Part shown: positions 27,451-41,504 of the stretch, piece after piece
How the letters are laid out: the number at the start of each line of letters is the position of its first letter
Numbering within the stretch: the first letter of the stretch is position 1
NCBI GenBank assembly: GCA_009914755.4
Contig: CP068257.2
Span: forward strand, 37,984,001-38,048,000
Reading direction: 5' to 3'
From: the human T2T-CHM13v2.0 reference genome, Homo sapiens
DNA: 64,000 nt
Notes under the pieces: generated by a model
The model's input: only the letters and a program-made list of their open reading frames with translations
Told to the model about the DNA's origin: nothing
Databases searched by the model: none
Made by a program: the position numbers and the translations under genes

Positions 27451-28734
27451 TCCCATCTCTTCCCACATTCCATATCATGGACTTTCTTCTTTTCAGCTGT
27501 TGGTACTGTGGAGGGGGGGATTTTATTGAAGCCAACTGCCATGATCACCTTCCTTTTCCTTCCTAAAGGATTGTCATCTGCTTTCTGATTTTAGCCACAG
27601 TAGCTTGGCTGAGGTTGCATTTTGGAAGTTCGAGGCTTCTGGCTCCCAGATTTCCTGTAGAACTGACACTGGTGACTATCCTTTGTTCTTGAGGCTCCTT
27701 TGATCTCTGGGACACTTTCCTGTGATGCCATGAAGGGGAACGAGCAGGAAGTTTAGGGTGCAGACTTTGGGGTGCATCACCTGGCTTCAGATGCTATCTT
27801 TGCCCATGAACTCACTCTTGGTAAAGTCACCCTGTGGGGTTTCTCCTTAGTGAAAGAGCACATTAACACCTACCTTGCAGCTGGTGGTGAGGATTCATTG
27901 GGAAATCACATGAAAAGTACTTAGAACAGTTGCTGGCAGAGAGGAAGTGTTAACAAGGTGCCACTGTTGGGGCATTAAGCTGGTTTTGCTCATGTATTCA
28001 GTCGATCCCCTTTCACCTCCATTTCCCCCCAACCTTTTTTTTTTCTAAATTCTGTTCTTTGCTATTCATTTTTCTGCTCCTGGACATTTTCCCATTCTTT
28101 CCATTTCAATATTCCTCTTTACACAGGAGATTCCAATCAAGTCCTCTCTCTACCTTTTATTTATTCATTTATTACTTATGTATGTTTGTTTATTTAAGAT
28201 GTAAGAAAGCATAAGGTGGAGAGGTGCTAGGATGTCTAAATGCTAGAAGATGATACATCTTCCTAGCTACTTGACAGGTAGTCTTTTGGACTTTAAACAC
28301 ACTTTAAAATAAGTGACGTACAAGCACCACTTTAAAATACTAAACATTTTCATTTTAAACCAGCATTACTGGTATTATAACTATATGTACTTCTGCACAT
28401 CAGTGTAACTGTACACAGATTTAAGAGGAAATGATAGGCATTTATACTAGTCACAAAACAATAAAACCAGGGATGAACACTAAGTTTAATAAAGATCATT
28501 TATAATTCTAACCACTTAGAAATAAGAAAATTAACTATGAGGTCAAGGGAGAAATTACGTGTGCAATAACAGATTATTTATAAAACAAAACCAATGAGAA
28601 CACTAGACATGATAGACAAAGACTTTAAAATCGTTATTATAAATACGGTAAGTAAATTAGGGGAAATGATGAACCAAATGGGTGAAAATATGGAGAAATC
28701 AACATAAAAATGTAATCTCTTTTTAAAGTTTATC

Positions 28735-28990
28735 TAAACTTACGGGGTACACCTGCAATTTGGTTACATGCGTAGATTGTGTAGTGGTCTAGTCAGGGCC
28801 CTTAGGGTGGGTATCCATCACCCGAGTAACGTGTATTGTACCCGTTAAGTAATTTCTCATCCATCCCCTCACCCTTCCGAGTCTTTGTTGTCTCTCATTC
28901 CACTCTCTACATCCGTGTGCACACGTTTTAGCACCCACTTAGGGATACTGTCTCAACATTTTAGTGGGAGGCTTCTTGTAGCACAAAACG
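28735..28990 (+). mobile_element. L1 3'UTR-like fragment with unusually well-retained CpGs
   Basis: tacggggtacacctgcaatttggttacatgcgtagattgtgtag ... atcacccgagtaacgtgtattgtacccgttaag resembles the L1P 3'UTR block tatggggtacacgtgcag ... gtttgttacatag ... atcacccag. Several CpG sites are intact. Confidence 0.45.
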
Positions 28991-29482
28991 GTGCCTAAGG
29001 ACATATTTCCTGGAGGACGTTTCGACCTTTGTCACATGACTCCATATCAGCTGCCACTGGCTCATACACAACCATGTCAGTGCTGTGTCAGAGATGGAAG
29101 AATTTGACCTTTCACCAGTTTCTGTGAAATACATTGCTTTGAAGATGAAATCACAAATGTCGTCCTGTACAGGGGACCTAATGGGACCATGTCGAGTGAT
29201 TATATCTTGAGCAGATGTAAGTCTTTAGAATGGTCTAGATTATGACCTGAGTGCTTACTGGTCTCTGGATTCTATGAAGTACTTGTTTGATTTTCACAAG
29301 ATCTTTAAGAAGTAGTTAGTGCTATTCTCTCATTTTACTTTTCCATTCTTATTTTTAGAGAAAATCAAGTCTTAAGAGGTTAACTGTGCCCAGAGTCTTG
29401 TAACTAAAAAGTGGTTGACTTGAGATTCCACCCAGTTCCCTTGGATTCCACATGCAGAACTCTTAACATCCTCTTAACATCC

Positions 29483-29778
29483 TTTTTTTTTTTGAGATGG
29501 AGTCTCGCTCTGTCGCCCAGGTTGGAGTGCAGTGGTGCCTGATCTTGGCTTACTGCAACCTCTGCCTCCTGGGTTCAAGCAATTCTCCCTGCCTCAGCCT
29601 CCTGAGTAGCTGGGTCTACAGGCCCACGCCACTGCACCCGGCTAATTTCCATATTTTTAGTAGAGACGAGGTTTCACCATGTTGGCCAGGCTGGTCTCGA
29701 ACTCCTGATCTTAAGTGATCTGCCCGCCTCAGCCCTCCAAAGTGCTGGGATTATAGGCGTGAGCCACCATGCCGAGCC
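29483..29778 (-). mobile_element. Alu SINE, full length, flanked by a target-site duplication
   Basis: Reverse-complement Alu (ttttttttttgagatggagtctcgctctgtcgcccaggttggagtgcagtgg ... gctgggattataggcgtgagccaccatgccgagcc). A direct repeat tcttaacatcc immediately precedes it (29461-29482, itself duplicated) and ttaacatc follows it at 29779. Confidence 0.92.
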
Positions 29779-31596
29779 TTAACATCTTGATTGTATTCTA
29801 TACGTGCCATTTCACATGGTCTATTTCTCATTTTTCTTGTTCTTTTTTCTTTTCTATGTTGATTAGATACACTGGAGCTTAATCCATTTTAGAGTGTGAG
29901 TGCATAGTGCATATTTATCAGTAATATTGTTTTAATATTTGAATTAATTCAATCCTGCTTTTAATTTTATTATTCCTGCTATTTTCTATAAAACTTTTTA
30001 TAACTTTCTGTAACTTTTTAGAATTTGTTTTCTAAATTCTTTGAGAGCTTAGTCTTTTTCTTTCTTTCATAATGAACATGCTTAAGGCTAAAGCTGCCTC
30101 TGAAAGCAACTTTGAATGTGTTAAAGGAATCATATCTAGTGTTCTTATTAGTTTTGTTTTATAAATAATCTGTTATTGCAGATGTAATTTTTCCTTTGAC
30201 CTCATAGTTAATTTTCTTTAAGTGGTTGGAATTTTAAAATGAACTTTATCAAACTTACTGTTAATTCCTGGTTTTATTGTTTCGTGACTAGTATAAGTAG
30301 GCTATCATTTTTCTCTTAAATCTGTGTACAGTTACACTGATGTGCAGAAGCACATATAGTTATAATACCAGTAATGCTGGTTTAAAATGAAAATGTTTAG
30401 TATTTAAAAGTGGTGCTTATAAGTCACTTATTTTAGCATAAGTTTGAATTTTTTCCAACTGATTTTGAAAATTTAAATAGAATATATATTCTCAATAAAA
30501 TTTTTAGAGTAAATGACTAGTTTTGGTTTTTGTGGGAAAACGGTCCTAGCGTATTCTCTAACAACCAACACTCAAAGCCAGATACCTGTGAAAAAACTGA
30601 CATGTTTTAAATGGAACAGGAGACCTCTCCAACAAACCCATCAATGTTTAACAATCTTAATGAGCTTTAAAAAAGTGTCATATTTTAGCTGTGAATCACT
30701 TCACGTTAAAATCTGTGGTTTTCCTGCCAAAGTTATCTTTAGTAAACGCGATGTATTGGCAGCTAGATTTGGAGTGAAGTGAATGTGAGTGAAGCTGGAA
30801 GCAGATTCTGCAAGAAACCCAAATGTTGGAGGGGGGTTTTCCAAGCGTCAGAGTCTTAGGTCTCTCAATACCCCCTTTGACACTCGTGGCCACACTCTTC
30901 CGCCATGCCCATTACAGTGACTCACTCGGAACTGCTTGGGAATCAGTGACTTGGGTGAGTGCAATATCTCTTTCACATATTGCCGGCTTCCTCCATCAAC
31001 CCATAGCATCTGTGCTGGGTTTATGCTTTCAAGTGAGAAATGGTGAAATACACAAGGGGATGGCTTGCACTTGACTCTGGGATGGTGTTTGCATGTCAGC
31101 GTTTTCTTTCACATTAAATTGAGTGGAGCTAAACTCATTTGGTTTCAGTGAAGGTAGTTTCCATGCATTCACTGAAAAGCTGGGATTGCTGAGAGTGGTG
31201 ACCAGAAGAGAGAAGGCCATGGGGAGGTAAGGTGAGGCAGGAATACTAGAGGGTGGGGCAGGGCTCAGCTCAGTGGCGATGTTTCCCCAGCAGCCTTCAG
31301 GCCTTTCATCCCATCATTTCTCTCCTCTGATAAGTGTCTCTGCTTTAAGAGTGTTTGCCAGACAGAAATAAAAATCGATTGGGGGAAAAATTATATGGAA
31401 AAAAAATTTTCCTTTCAAAATATTCCTGGAGAGGAGAGGAAGCACGCATGGATAGAATGAATGAAATGTTCTTGGGGCACAGTGCCATCTAATGTTGCTA
31501 TTATTGCATTTGCTGCTTAGCAAAGTACATAGAAGGCACATTGCAAATATTCAGGTATTAGCTGTGTTAAGTAATTGTTTTCATGTAGTAAATGTA

Positions 31597-32056
31597 TTAG
31601 TTTGCTTGGGCTGGCATAGCAAAGTAGCACAAACTGAAAGCCTTAAATAACAAAAACTTATGATCTCACAGTTCTGGAGGCTGAAGTCTGAAATGAAGGT
31701 CTCAGCAGGGTGGGTTCTTCTGAGGGCGCTGAAGGAGAATCTGTTAGGTGCATCTCTCCAGGTTTCTGCTGGTTAATGGCAATATTTGATGTTCTGTGGC
31801 CTGTGGAGCATCTCCCTCATCTCCGCCTTCATCGTTACTTGGTGTTCTCTGTGTGTGCCTGTCTGTGTCCAAATTTCCCCTAATTATAAGGACAGCAGGG
31901 ATATTGTATTAGGGGCCCAGCCTACTTCAGTATGACCTCTTCTTACTGAATTGTATCTGCAAAGATCCTATTTCCAAATAAGGTCACATTCTGAGGTAAT
32001 TGGGGTTAGGACTTCAGCACATGAATTTTAGGGGAACATAAATCAACCCATAACAG
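31597..32056 (+). mobile_element. MaLR-type LTR (MLT1-like)
   Basis: gtattagtttgcttgggctggcatagcaaagtagcacaaactgaaagccttaaataacaaaaacttatgatctcacagttctggaggctgaagtctgaaatgaaggtctcagcagggtgggttcttctgagggc ... ataaggacagcagggatattgtattaggggcccagcctacttcagtatgacc ... atttccaaataaggtcacattctgaggtaattggggttaggacttcagcacatgaatttt. Confidence 0.6.
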
Positions 32057-32817
32057 TAAAGATCTATTAACTCACTTTAGGAAGCTGATATTTATTTAGG
32101 AAGTAAATGTTTATTGAGCATCTATGATGTGACATGCATGAGGTATTGAGATTTAAACAGATACGCTTAAATATTTTCCTGTATCCAAGTCACTTTCAGT
32201 AAAGAAGTAGAGAGACATAAATTAATAACTAGAATACGGCAGAGCTATATGAAGGTATGCACGAGGAATAGTGCTGGTACCAAGAAAGGGGATGCTGGTG
32301 AAGCCTACTTTTTAGGGGAGATGTCAGGGAAATGTCACTGAGGGGGCTACATTTGGGCTGCATATGAAAGCATTAAGAGGAGCTCCAGGGCAGTCTGGAC
32401 AGAAAGCACAGCGTGGAGGTCTGACACGAAAGGGTGTGTTCGCAGGACTTTAAGCCATCTCATATGGGAGTGTAGTGTCCACTGGGAGGTGATGGATTGC
32501 CACTGTGAAGTTTCAAGTGTCGGAGCGGAACTATTGGACTTGTGGTTTTGAGAAGTTCTGCCTGACAGCCTGGTGGCTGGCATGGAGCTGGGCTGTCAGG
32601 TAGCTCTTATTTTCCATGTCCATTCTGTTCTATTCTACTAGTAACTGTCTGTCTTTTCCAGCATTTCCCAAGTCTTCCCTTACCCTTTATGGTGATTCTG
32701 CAGAAGGAACAAGCTGGTAAAAGCACTTTTGGGAGACTGGGGAAAGGAATACAAATATTCCTGTGTTAACTATTTTCTGGCCCCAAGTAGGCTATTGGTG
32801 ACCTTTGGTATGTTCAG

Positions 32818-32890
32818 ATAAGCAGTGGGAATGGAGGCCGGAGTACAGTGGGTTGAGGTTAATTACGTGATGGATGAAGTGGTGCGAGTG
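32818..32890 (+). other. Candidate short exon in a small CpG-retaining block
   Basis: Acceptor ctttggtatgttcag|ATAAGC and donor GAGTG|GTGAGTAC at 32890/32891. There are three CpGs in about 70 nt. Confidence 0.25.
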
Positions 32891-35869
32891 GTGAGTACAG
32901 GCTGTCTGTTGCAGAAGCTTGATTTGGAAGGGAAAGAAAATAAGAGGCTGACAAGGAGACGCCACGTAATTGAGGTAGGGTCTGTTGAATGTTTTTTGGG
33001 GATGAAATTTTATTTTGTGTTAACAAAGTAGAAATTTACAAAGGAAATGGCCCCCATTTTAACAGAAAAATCAATACCATTTGCATCCCTCATTATTAAT
33101 ATGCATTGGAACTTCATCCATTGGACCTGGTGAAGAAGGCAGTCACCGTCTCACCAGGCTGGAAGCCTGGATGTTGGAATGTGGACATTTCCTACTAGAG
33201 TGGCTTGAAAATCCCCTAGGATCATTCTGGTGGTAGGGATGGGGGTATAAATGTGGGTGCTCCTTGAGAGGAAGGAATGAGCCAAGAGGGATGGAGCCCG
33301 GGGATGCAGGGAGAAAGTGGCCTTTGTTTTATGGTTATGCACTCTATCCAGTTTATATGTTTCAGATGATTTATTCAACAAACCTTTGTGTATCTCTTCC
33401 TACTTCTTTCCCACTGAGCTAGGTAGGTCCTGGGGTTCCTGTGAGTCCTGGGGCTGTAGTCAGGCAGTTGCAATATCTCATCATTCTCATGCTAATTTTT
33501 TCCTGACCTGAAGATTTCCATTGGAAAATGATGATTGCACTCTTCTAATAGAAGGCTAAGTGATTTAGATCTGGGGGCAGGGAAATGGTGGCTGTGGTTC
33601 TTCTAGAGGGGGAAGAGGATGTAGACAGGTAGTTTCATCCAATGCATGAGGGCCACAAAGGTTTCTGTGGACCCCTGGTCTTATACTGCAATCCCTTGGT
33701 AACAAGGAAATCATAAAACTAGGGGTGACTCATCACCACTGTGATGAGGTGTTTCTGAGTTCAAAGGGAAGAGTCAGTTTAACTCAGTGAAATGGTTATT
33801 TTTTGTAATGACATTCATTTCCTTGGTTCTTTGCTTATATGACACCTGGATGTACAAGATGGTTAACAGAATAGTGCTATGGAGGCACTTTGACAAGTCC
33901 TGAACCACCATCTGGGTGAGAATATTTGTAACCGGCACAATACTTATACATGAATGGCCACTGTGAAATGGGTTTCTAAGGGGCGATATTATAATTTGCT
34001 TTCTTAAGAGCACTGACTACAAAGACATCTCCTAAACTCTTTCTTTGTAAACTTACCAGAAACCCTTGTATCCCCATGGATGAAGCCAGAGCTTTTCAGT
34101 GGCTCAGGTTTCTCCTTCTAACAGTGCTTGAAATTCCTTCCACAGAGAATGAAGCTTTTAATTCTAGAACCAATGTTCAGATTGTGCAAAGGCATGGATT
34201 TAAGGTGACAGCTATTAACATTGGCAAAGTTCTTTCTATTGTGAAAATTGCTTTCATATATATTTGGTTTATTTTGCCCTCCGGACAGTCCTGGGCTTCA
34301 TTATTGAGTAACTTATTTTCTGTTTGAAGAAACGGAGGCTTAGTGGTTTAAGAAAGCTGATTAAAGTCAAATGGCAAGGATGGGGTAAATGATGGAGCTC
34401 TAAGCATTGGGTGTCGGCGTCTGTAATATTTGTGCATGACTGACTACACAGCTCTCCTTCTGAGTCAGTGGCTTTTAAGCTCTTTGGAACCACAGTAAAT
34501 TCCTTTTACCTCATGACTCAGTACACACATATGACCCACCAAACAGTACTTGCCTTGACCATTCCCCATGCCTTCTAATATTTTATTCTACCCAATTCTG
34601 TTTTCTTTTCAACGTCGGGTCTTATTAAATTGACTTGGTGATGCACTAATGGGTCATGATGCAGAATTTGAAAAAATTACACTCAGTTCCTTCCCCAAGA
34701 AGTAGAGGAAGGTCAGAAATGGAGGATGGTGGGGAAGGAATGGGGTGTGTGTTTTTCCAGAGTAGGGTGGGAGGGAAATGGCCTCTCACAGCCCACTTGT
34801 CAGAACTGCTCCCATGTCCCGATCCGACTTCAGAGGTGGGAAAACGTTGGGAGCTGGTGAGGTGGGTGGGGAAAATCACTGTCTGCCACACCTCTCGTTT
34901 CTGGCATTCAGTCCACTTTTGTGGCCATCGTTTGTTGTGCTGGTTGGCTCACTCTGCCCAATTCTTCCTTCTGGTTGCCAGTTCTCTTCATATGTCTACT
35001 CTTTTACTGCGGGTCGCTCACATCTATAAATGACGGTCTAGGTTGTACAGTCTCGGAGGTTCAAGTGGAGTCTTTTGGCAGCTGTGCAGGCCAGCATTTG
35101 CATCCCTGCAGGGGCTGCAGGGGGCCTTAACCCTCCCCGATCAGTGCCTGGTTCTCTGATCCTGGCCAAGCATATTGGTTCTCAAAGTGTTGCCTGGAGT
35201 CTGGATGTGGGAATCTGCTTCAGGCCAGGCCAGGTGATCTTGAACCCGAGGAACAGAAGTCATCACGTTTGCTCTATGTCTATCAGGAAAACAGCTCAAA
35301 GCACATTCCCTATTCATGTCGGGGCAGTAGAATCTTCCCATTTTCCCAGAGACAACGCGTAATGGCAGGCCAGAGGAAGCTCTGTGATCACCCTAGAGAG
35401 GAAAACAGCAGGCGTAAGAAAGCATTTGTCATCTCAAGGCAGAAATCACCCACTTTTTACAAGAATGTCCCACTGTGAAATCAGAATGTTCTACCATGCC
35501 ATCTGCAACAAAACTGAGGGCCCCCGCAAAGCCCACCATCCAAAAGACATGGTAGCATAAGATAAATGGCAATGATTGCAATTAACAATGGCAGTCTCTC
35601 AAGAGTGGGCATGCCTGCGGGACCCGTGTTGATATTTGGATTTGGATTTTTGCTTGTTTGTAGATTTTGGGGTCATCTTTTGTTAGTGTTGGGAGGTAGC
35701 TGTGTGTGGTGAAATCCGTGGATTTTTCCCACAGCTAGAGGAAATAGGAGGTTGAGGGCAAGATGTGCCATGGAGAGTGAAGGTGTGTGAGTCAAGGGAT
35801 GATCCTATGGTGGGATGCCTGCTTCTGAGAGTCTCTTCTGCCATATTAACAAATCACGGATGCGTTTGA

Positions 35870-36256
<387 letters not shown>

Positions 36257-36569
36257 TAATCCTCACATTCCTATCTCCTGGGACCAACTGGCTAAATGCT
36301 GGGATCTGTGTTTATTCACCTCCAATTGTCAGTTCTGTGCATGTGCTCTTAGTTTCCTTTTCCCTCTTCTCTGCATAGCTTTTTTATTCCCTTTGATACT
36401 CCAAGATTAGAATCTTTGCTAGGGCCAGGACTATATCTTTTGCATTCTCTTGTCCCAGCAACTAAGATAGGACATTTTATGTTGTGGAACTGACAAGTTT
36501 CTGAAATTTCCATCCGTGGACATGATCCACCATAAACCACAGAAGTTAAGTACTGGAATGTTTACTATC

Positions 36570-36725
36570 GGGCAATTTGCTCATTATCTCTAAGCCTCAG
36601 TTTCTCATCTTTAGAGCAGGGATGGTAGTATCACATGGAATCATTGTGAAGTTAATTGAGAAAATGCATGTAAAGAATTTAATGCAGTGCTTGACACATA
36701 GAGACATCACTCCATTATTGATATA
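36570..36725 (+). mobile_element. MIR SINE fragment
   Basis: ctctaagcctcagtttctcatctttagagcagggatggtagtatcacatggaatcattgtgaagttaattgagaaaatgcatgtaaagaatttaatgcagtgcttgacacatag. Confidence 0.6.
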
Positions 36726-39691
36726 CTAACTTCCTCAAGAAATTAACAGAATGAACCAGGATCACAACAGTGAGACCATGCTGTGGCCTGGAGAGAAGGT
36801 GTGGAACTGCAGCTGTGCTGGGAGGGGCTGTGAGGAAGGAGCTGAGCAGAGAAATGTGACTTTAGCCAGGAGAAGCCAGGGAGGGATCCTGGGAAGAGAA
36901 ACCCCGACGCCTTTCCTTGTTGTTGCTTCCCAGTGACCAAATCCAACCCCCCTGTTGTTGCTTCCCAATGACCAAATCCGGAGGACACTGGCCAACAAGG
37001 CAGCCCCAGATGATGGCATTCACAGGAGACAGGGTCCTGTGGCTTAGATAAGGACTGGCACATCTTCTTGAGGGGCTGTGCACACACCTTATTGTTGCCC
37101 ACGAATTCCCTGTTTTCCACGAGTCCTTGGCCTGACCAGTGCTTCCTTCTGTACAGGATTGCAGGATCCTGGGACTGGAAAGGATCCTGTGATCACTCTC
37201 CTCACCCAGTCTCTTCATACGGAGGGAAGATCAAGGTTGTCTCCTGTGTGGCTTTGGTGGCGGTCAAATGGGGTTCTTTTTATTGGTGTTGCCAGAGTCT
37301 GCTGGGGAGCAGAGCACACAGAGCATGCTCAGAACGTGGTGGTGGAAGGGATCCGCTGTTTCTCATGACTTTTAGCCTTTACAGCGGCACCATGTTTTTA
37401 CACTGAGCCACGTGTTGTCTTTCTCATTCATGGGACTGTTTCTTGCAAGTGTCTTCCTCTTAGTGTCTGTGTTTTTGGAGGGACCCTGCCCTCGAGAACA
37501 GGGGACCTGTGCTGTGCTCCTCTTGATCCCCTGGGACATTTACTATTAGGGCCGAGCACACGGGGCCAGCACATACTTTCTGAATTAAATTTCACAAGGA
37601 TTACCTGGAAAGCTGTGACGTTTTCCGAGTCCTAAAACAGAGGAGCACTGTTGGTTCCTCCCTTTTCCTTTCTAGGGGCATTGTGGCAGATGTCTGTTCC
37701 TGCACTTGCAGCTCCATGAGAGGAGAAAAGCCCCCTTCCTCCCAGCAGGGCCATTGCCACTCTGATGGGCATTACAGGGAATCCTAAAGATGGAGGATCT
37801 GTGTGCGTTCCCTCTCTGGAGGGTAGAGACCAGGCATTGCATGCCAAAGCCCATCAGGTACGAGGTAACACCCAGTCCAACCCTTGCTGGCATGAAACCA
37901 CTGTGTAAACTCTTGTCATGTCAGTCAGCTAAGGCTTACGACGTTTTCAACTGAAAAATCTTTGCTGCTTCCCTGTTGTATGCGGAAACAGCTGCCTGGG
38001 TGTTTGTCAGTCCTGCTGTGTTCTGTGTGTCCCAGTGTCCTTGATGGCTACCCCGCCCAGGGCTTCTTTCCTGGGAACACCTAGCAGGACTGCTCCCAGC
38101 TGTGGTTGCAGAGACAAAAGGAACAAAGGCCATTGATTGATTAACTTGCCACCAGGGAACCCACCTGCCGTGGTTTTTCTTGCAGCAGGATTCAGAGGTG
38201 CTAGAGAGACAATGGTTTTTCTAGAGTCAAAAGGGAATACTTGACAAGTCTTCTCTTAAGGTGTCAGTTTTAGAAGCAAGGAGACTTAATTGGTCTTAGG
38301 GTACATTGGGCAGTCCATGGTTTGGCTGCAAGGGAGCAAGTGAGCCCTTTGGGGACATTTTGAAAGAGGAAGGATTATTTACTGTTAGGGGCGGGGAGCA
38401 GGAAGCTTTCTGTGGCTGGATGTTTTCTGGAGCAAGTCAGGGTCAGGGTGTTGCCTTTTGGGTCCACTTGTCATAATGTCCTTGCCACACCGGGCCATTT
38501 CTCACTTTTATGTCTGTTTGATACGGAAGAGGGGAAGAGAAGTGCTGGCAAGGGAAGGGCACGGTCCCTTTAAATGATACTGAAGGGGGAAGGGCGTGGT
38601 CCCTGGTTAGGGCTCCATCCCTAGGCCTGTGCCCACGAACCTAGGTGAGGACAGGCATTTTTGTTTTCCTGCCCAAATGTTGCATTTCCCAAGACCACCC
38701 TGGCCTGCCACACCCCCATACTGTGCCTGTAAAAACCCCAAGACCCTAGCAGGCAGACACACAGGTGGCGGGACGTCGAGAGGAGCAGATCAGCGGAGGA
38801 ACACATGGGCGGCTGGACGTCAAGAGAAAAGCACAGACAGGCACTGACAGGCACCAGCAGGCTGCAGGCCACCGACTGGCAGAAGGATGCGGAGGCGGGC
38901 TAGGGCAGTCGGGGGAGAGCCCAGGCCGTTGAGCAGCCTGACTCCAGGGGAAAACCATCTCCCTCCTGGCTCCCCCATCTGCTGAGAGTTTCTTCCATTC
39001 AATAAAACCTTGCACTCATTCTCCAAGCCCACATGTGATCTGATTCTTCAGGTACAGCAAGGCAAGAACCCCGGGATACAGAAAGCCCTCTGTCCTTGAG
39101 ATAAGGCAGGGGTCTAACTGAGCTAACACAAGCTGCCTACGGATGGCTAAACTAAAAGAACACCCTGGAACACACGCCCACTGGGGCCGCAGCAGTAAAC
39201 ATTCACCCCTAGACACTGCCGTGGGGTCAGAGCCCCACAGCCTGCCCGTCTTTATGCTCCCCTAGAGGTTTGAGCAGCGGGGCATGGAAGAAGCGAGTCA
39301 CTCCCCCATCACACGCCCTGGGAGGAGGACAAGGGAATTTCTTCTGTTTCATGTTGACACAGAGGTGGAGTGTGTGACTAGGAGAGGGATTGTGTTTGCG
39401 AGAAGTGAGCGATAGGTGGATTGCATGCTGACTGAAGCCAGTTTCCCGTGTACAGCTCTTCAATCTTAACAGTAGATGACAAAACTGCTAATGGGACATT
39501 GGGCTGGGTGGACCTCTTTCCCACAGCCTCGCTCCCATATTACCACGAAAGGAAGGTCCACGTTAATTTCTGCCATGTAGACGGAAGCCACTTATTAAAC
39601 TAACAGAACAGGTCATACTCCATGGAGTTTGTAGGTGAGGTGCCACCTCTCTTCTTTTAGGTCACCTGACTTTGCCTAGCATGAAAGATAA

Positions 39692-40238
<547 letters not shown>

Positions 40239-40559
40239 CAGCACGCATCTGGCATTTTCTAAGTCACTGGCCCCTGCATCCTGTAGCTCTCCTAGCGGCT
40301 AATCTGAAACTATGGGATGCAGGGCTTGTTAGAGCCTCCTCTCTTCATGCACGTGAAGAGAATGTCTATAAAGGGCTAAATAACAAGCTGTCAATCAATA
40401 ACTGTAAAATGTAAATGATGTAACTGTAAAATGTAAATAAATAACTGTAAAATGTACCTGGAGGGCTCATTAGCAAGCCTCTGGCGTGGACAAGGATACC
40501 TGAAGCTCCTGTAGTTGCTGCCATGGTAGAGGGTGGGGGTGGGCTTTAAAACGGTGTTA

Positions 40560-40720
40560 TTCCCATTTGATAGATGAGGAAAGCGGAGGTCTGAGAAGGT
40601 AAATAACTCGCCTGAGCTCTCACTCTTAGTGACAGGCAGAAACAGCCTTGCAACCAGGCTGCCTGTGTTTGATTCAAACCCACTGTGGAGCACATGCTTT
40701 GAACCACCGACCATGACTCT
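40560..40720 (-). mobile_element. MIR SINE fragment
   Basis: cccatttgatagatgaggaaagcggaggtctgagaaggtaaataactcgcctgagctctcactcttagtgacaggcagaaacagccttgcaaccaggctgcctgtgtttgattcaaacccactg is the reverse-complement MIR core. Confidence 0.6.
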
Positions 40721-41212
40721 AGGTGGTGGGCGGTGTCTTGTGGTTGATAAGCAGGGTCCCACCAGCCCTGCGCCTCCTGTCTTGGTTGGCTTGTCACCCT
40801 AGAGAGTGGCTGCGTAGGAGCCTAGTTGCATCCTTCCCTGCTCCTGAGACCCCTTTCTCCCTCATGCTCCCTGGTTCAGACCCTCTTCCCCAGGTCAACA
40901 GTTGCTCTCGCCCCATGGGTGAGAAGTCCAGCTCTTTTCAGGATCTATGTGTCTCAACATAGGAAAACACCTTAAGAGTACCTGTAAGGCAGTCAGTATT
41001 TGGGCCTATCCTTAAAAGTTCTCAGACACGTTTCGAAGGAATTAAACAATTATTTGCCCAGCCTGTACTGAACTTCAAAACTATGAGGTCTTGTAAAAAT
41101 GAATTATTTGATGATAAAGTGGATTCCATCAAGAAAGATGAAATCCATTCTATTTTTTTTTTTTTGAGAATGAAGACAGTTTTAATATTGCCTTTCCAAC
41201 CTGGATGCTTTT

Positions 41213-41504
41213 TTTGTTTGTTTTTCAAGACAGAGTCTTGCTCTGGTTGGAGTACAGTGCTATGATCATGGCTCACTGTAGCCTTGACCTCCTGGGATCA
41301 AGCGATCCTCCTGCCTCAGCCCCCTGAGTAGCTGGAACAATGGGCACATGCCACCATGCCTGGCTATTTTTTCTATTTTTTGTAGAGATGGAGTCTCACT
41401 ATGTTGCCCAGGCTGGTGTCGTCTCGAACTCCTGGGCTCAAGCGATCTACCTGCTTCAGGCTCCCAGAGTGCTGGGATTATAGGTGTGAACCACTGCACC
41501 CAGC
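41213..41504 (-). mobile_element. Alu SINE
   Basis: tttttcaagacagagtcttgctctggttggagtacagtgctatgatcatggctcactgtagcc ... gtgctgggattataggtgtgaaccactgcacccagc. A poly-T remnant lies upstream at 41150-41212. Confidence 0.88.
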
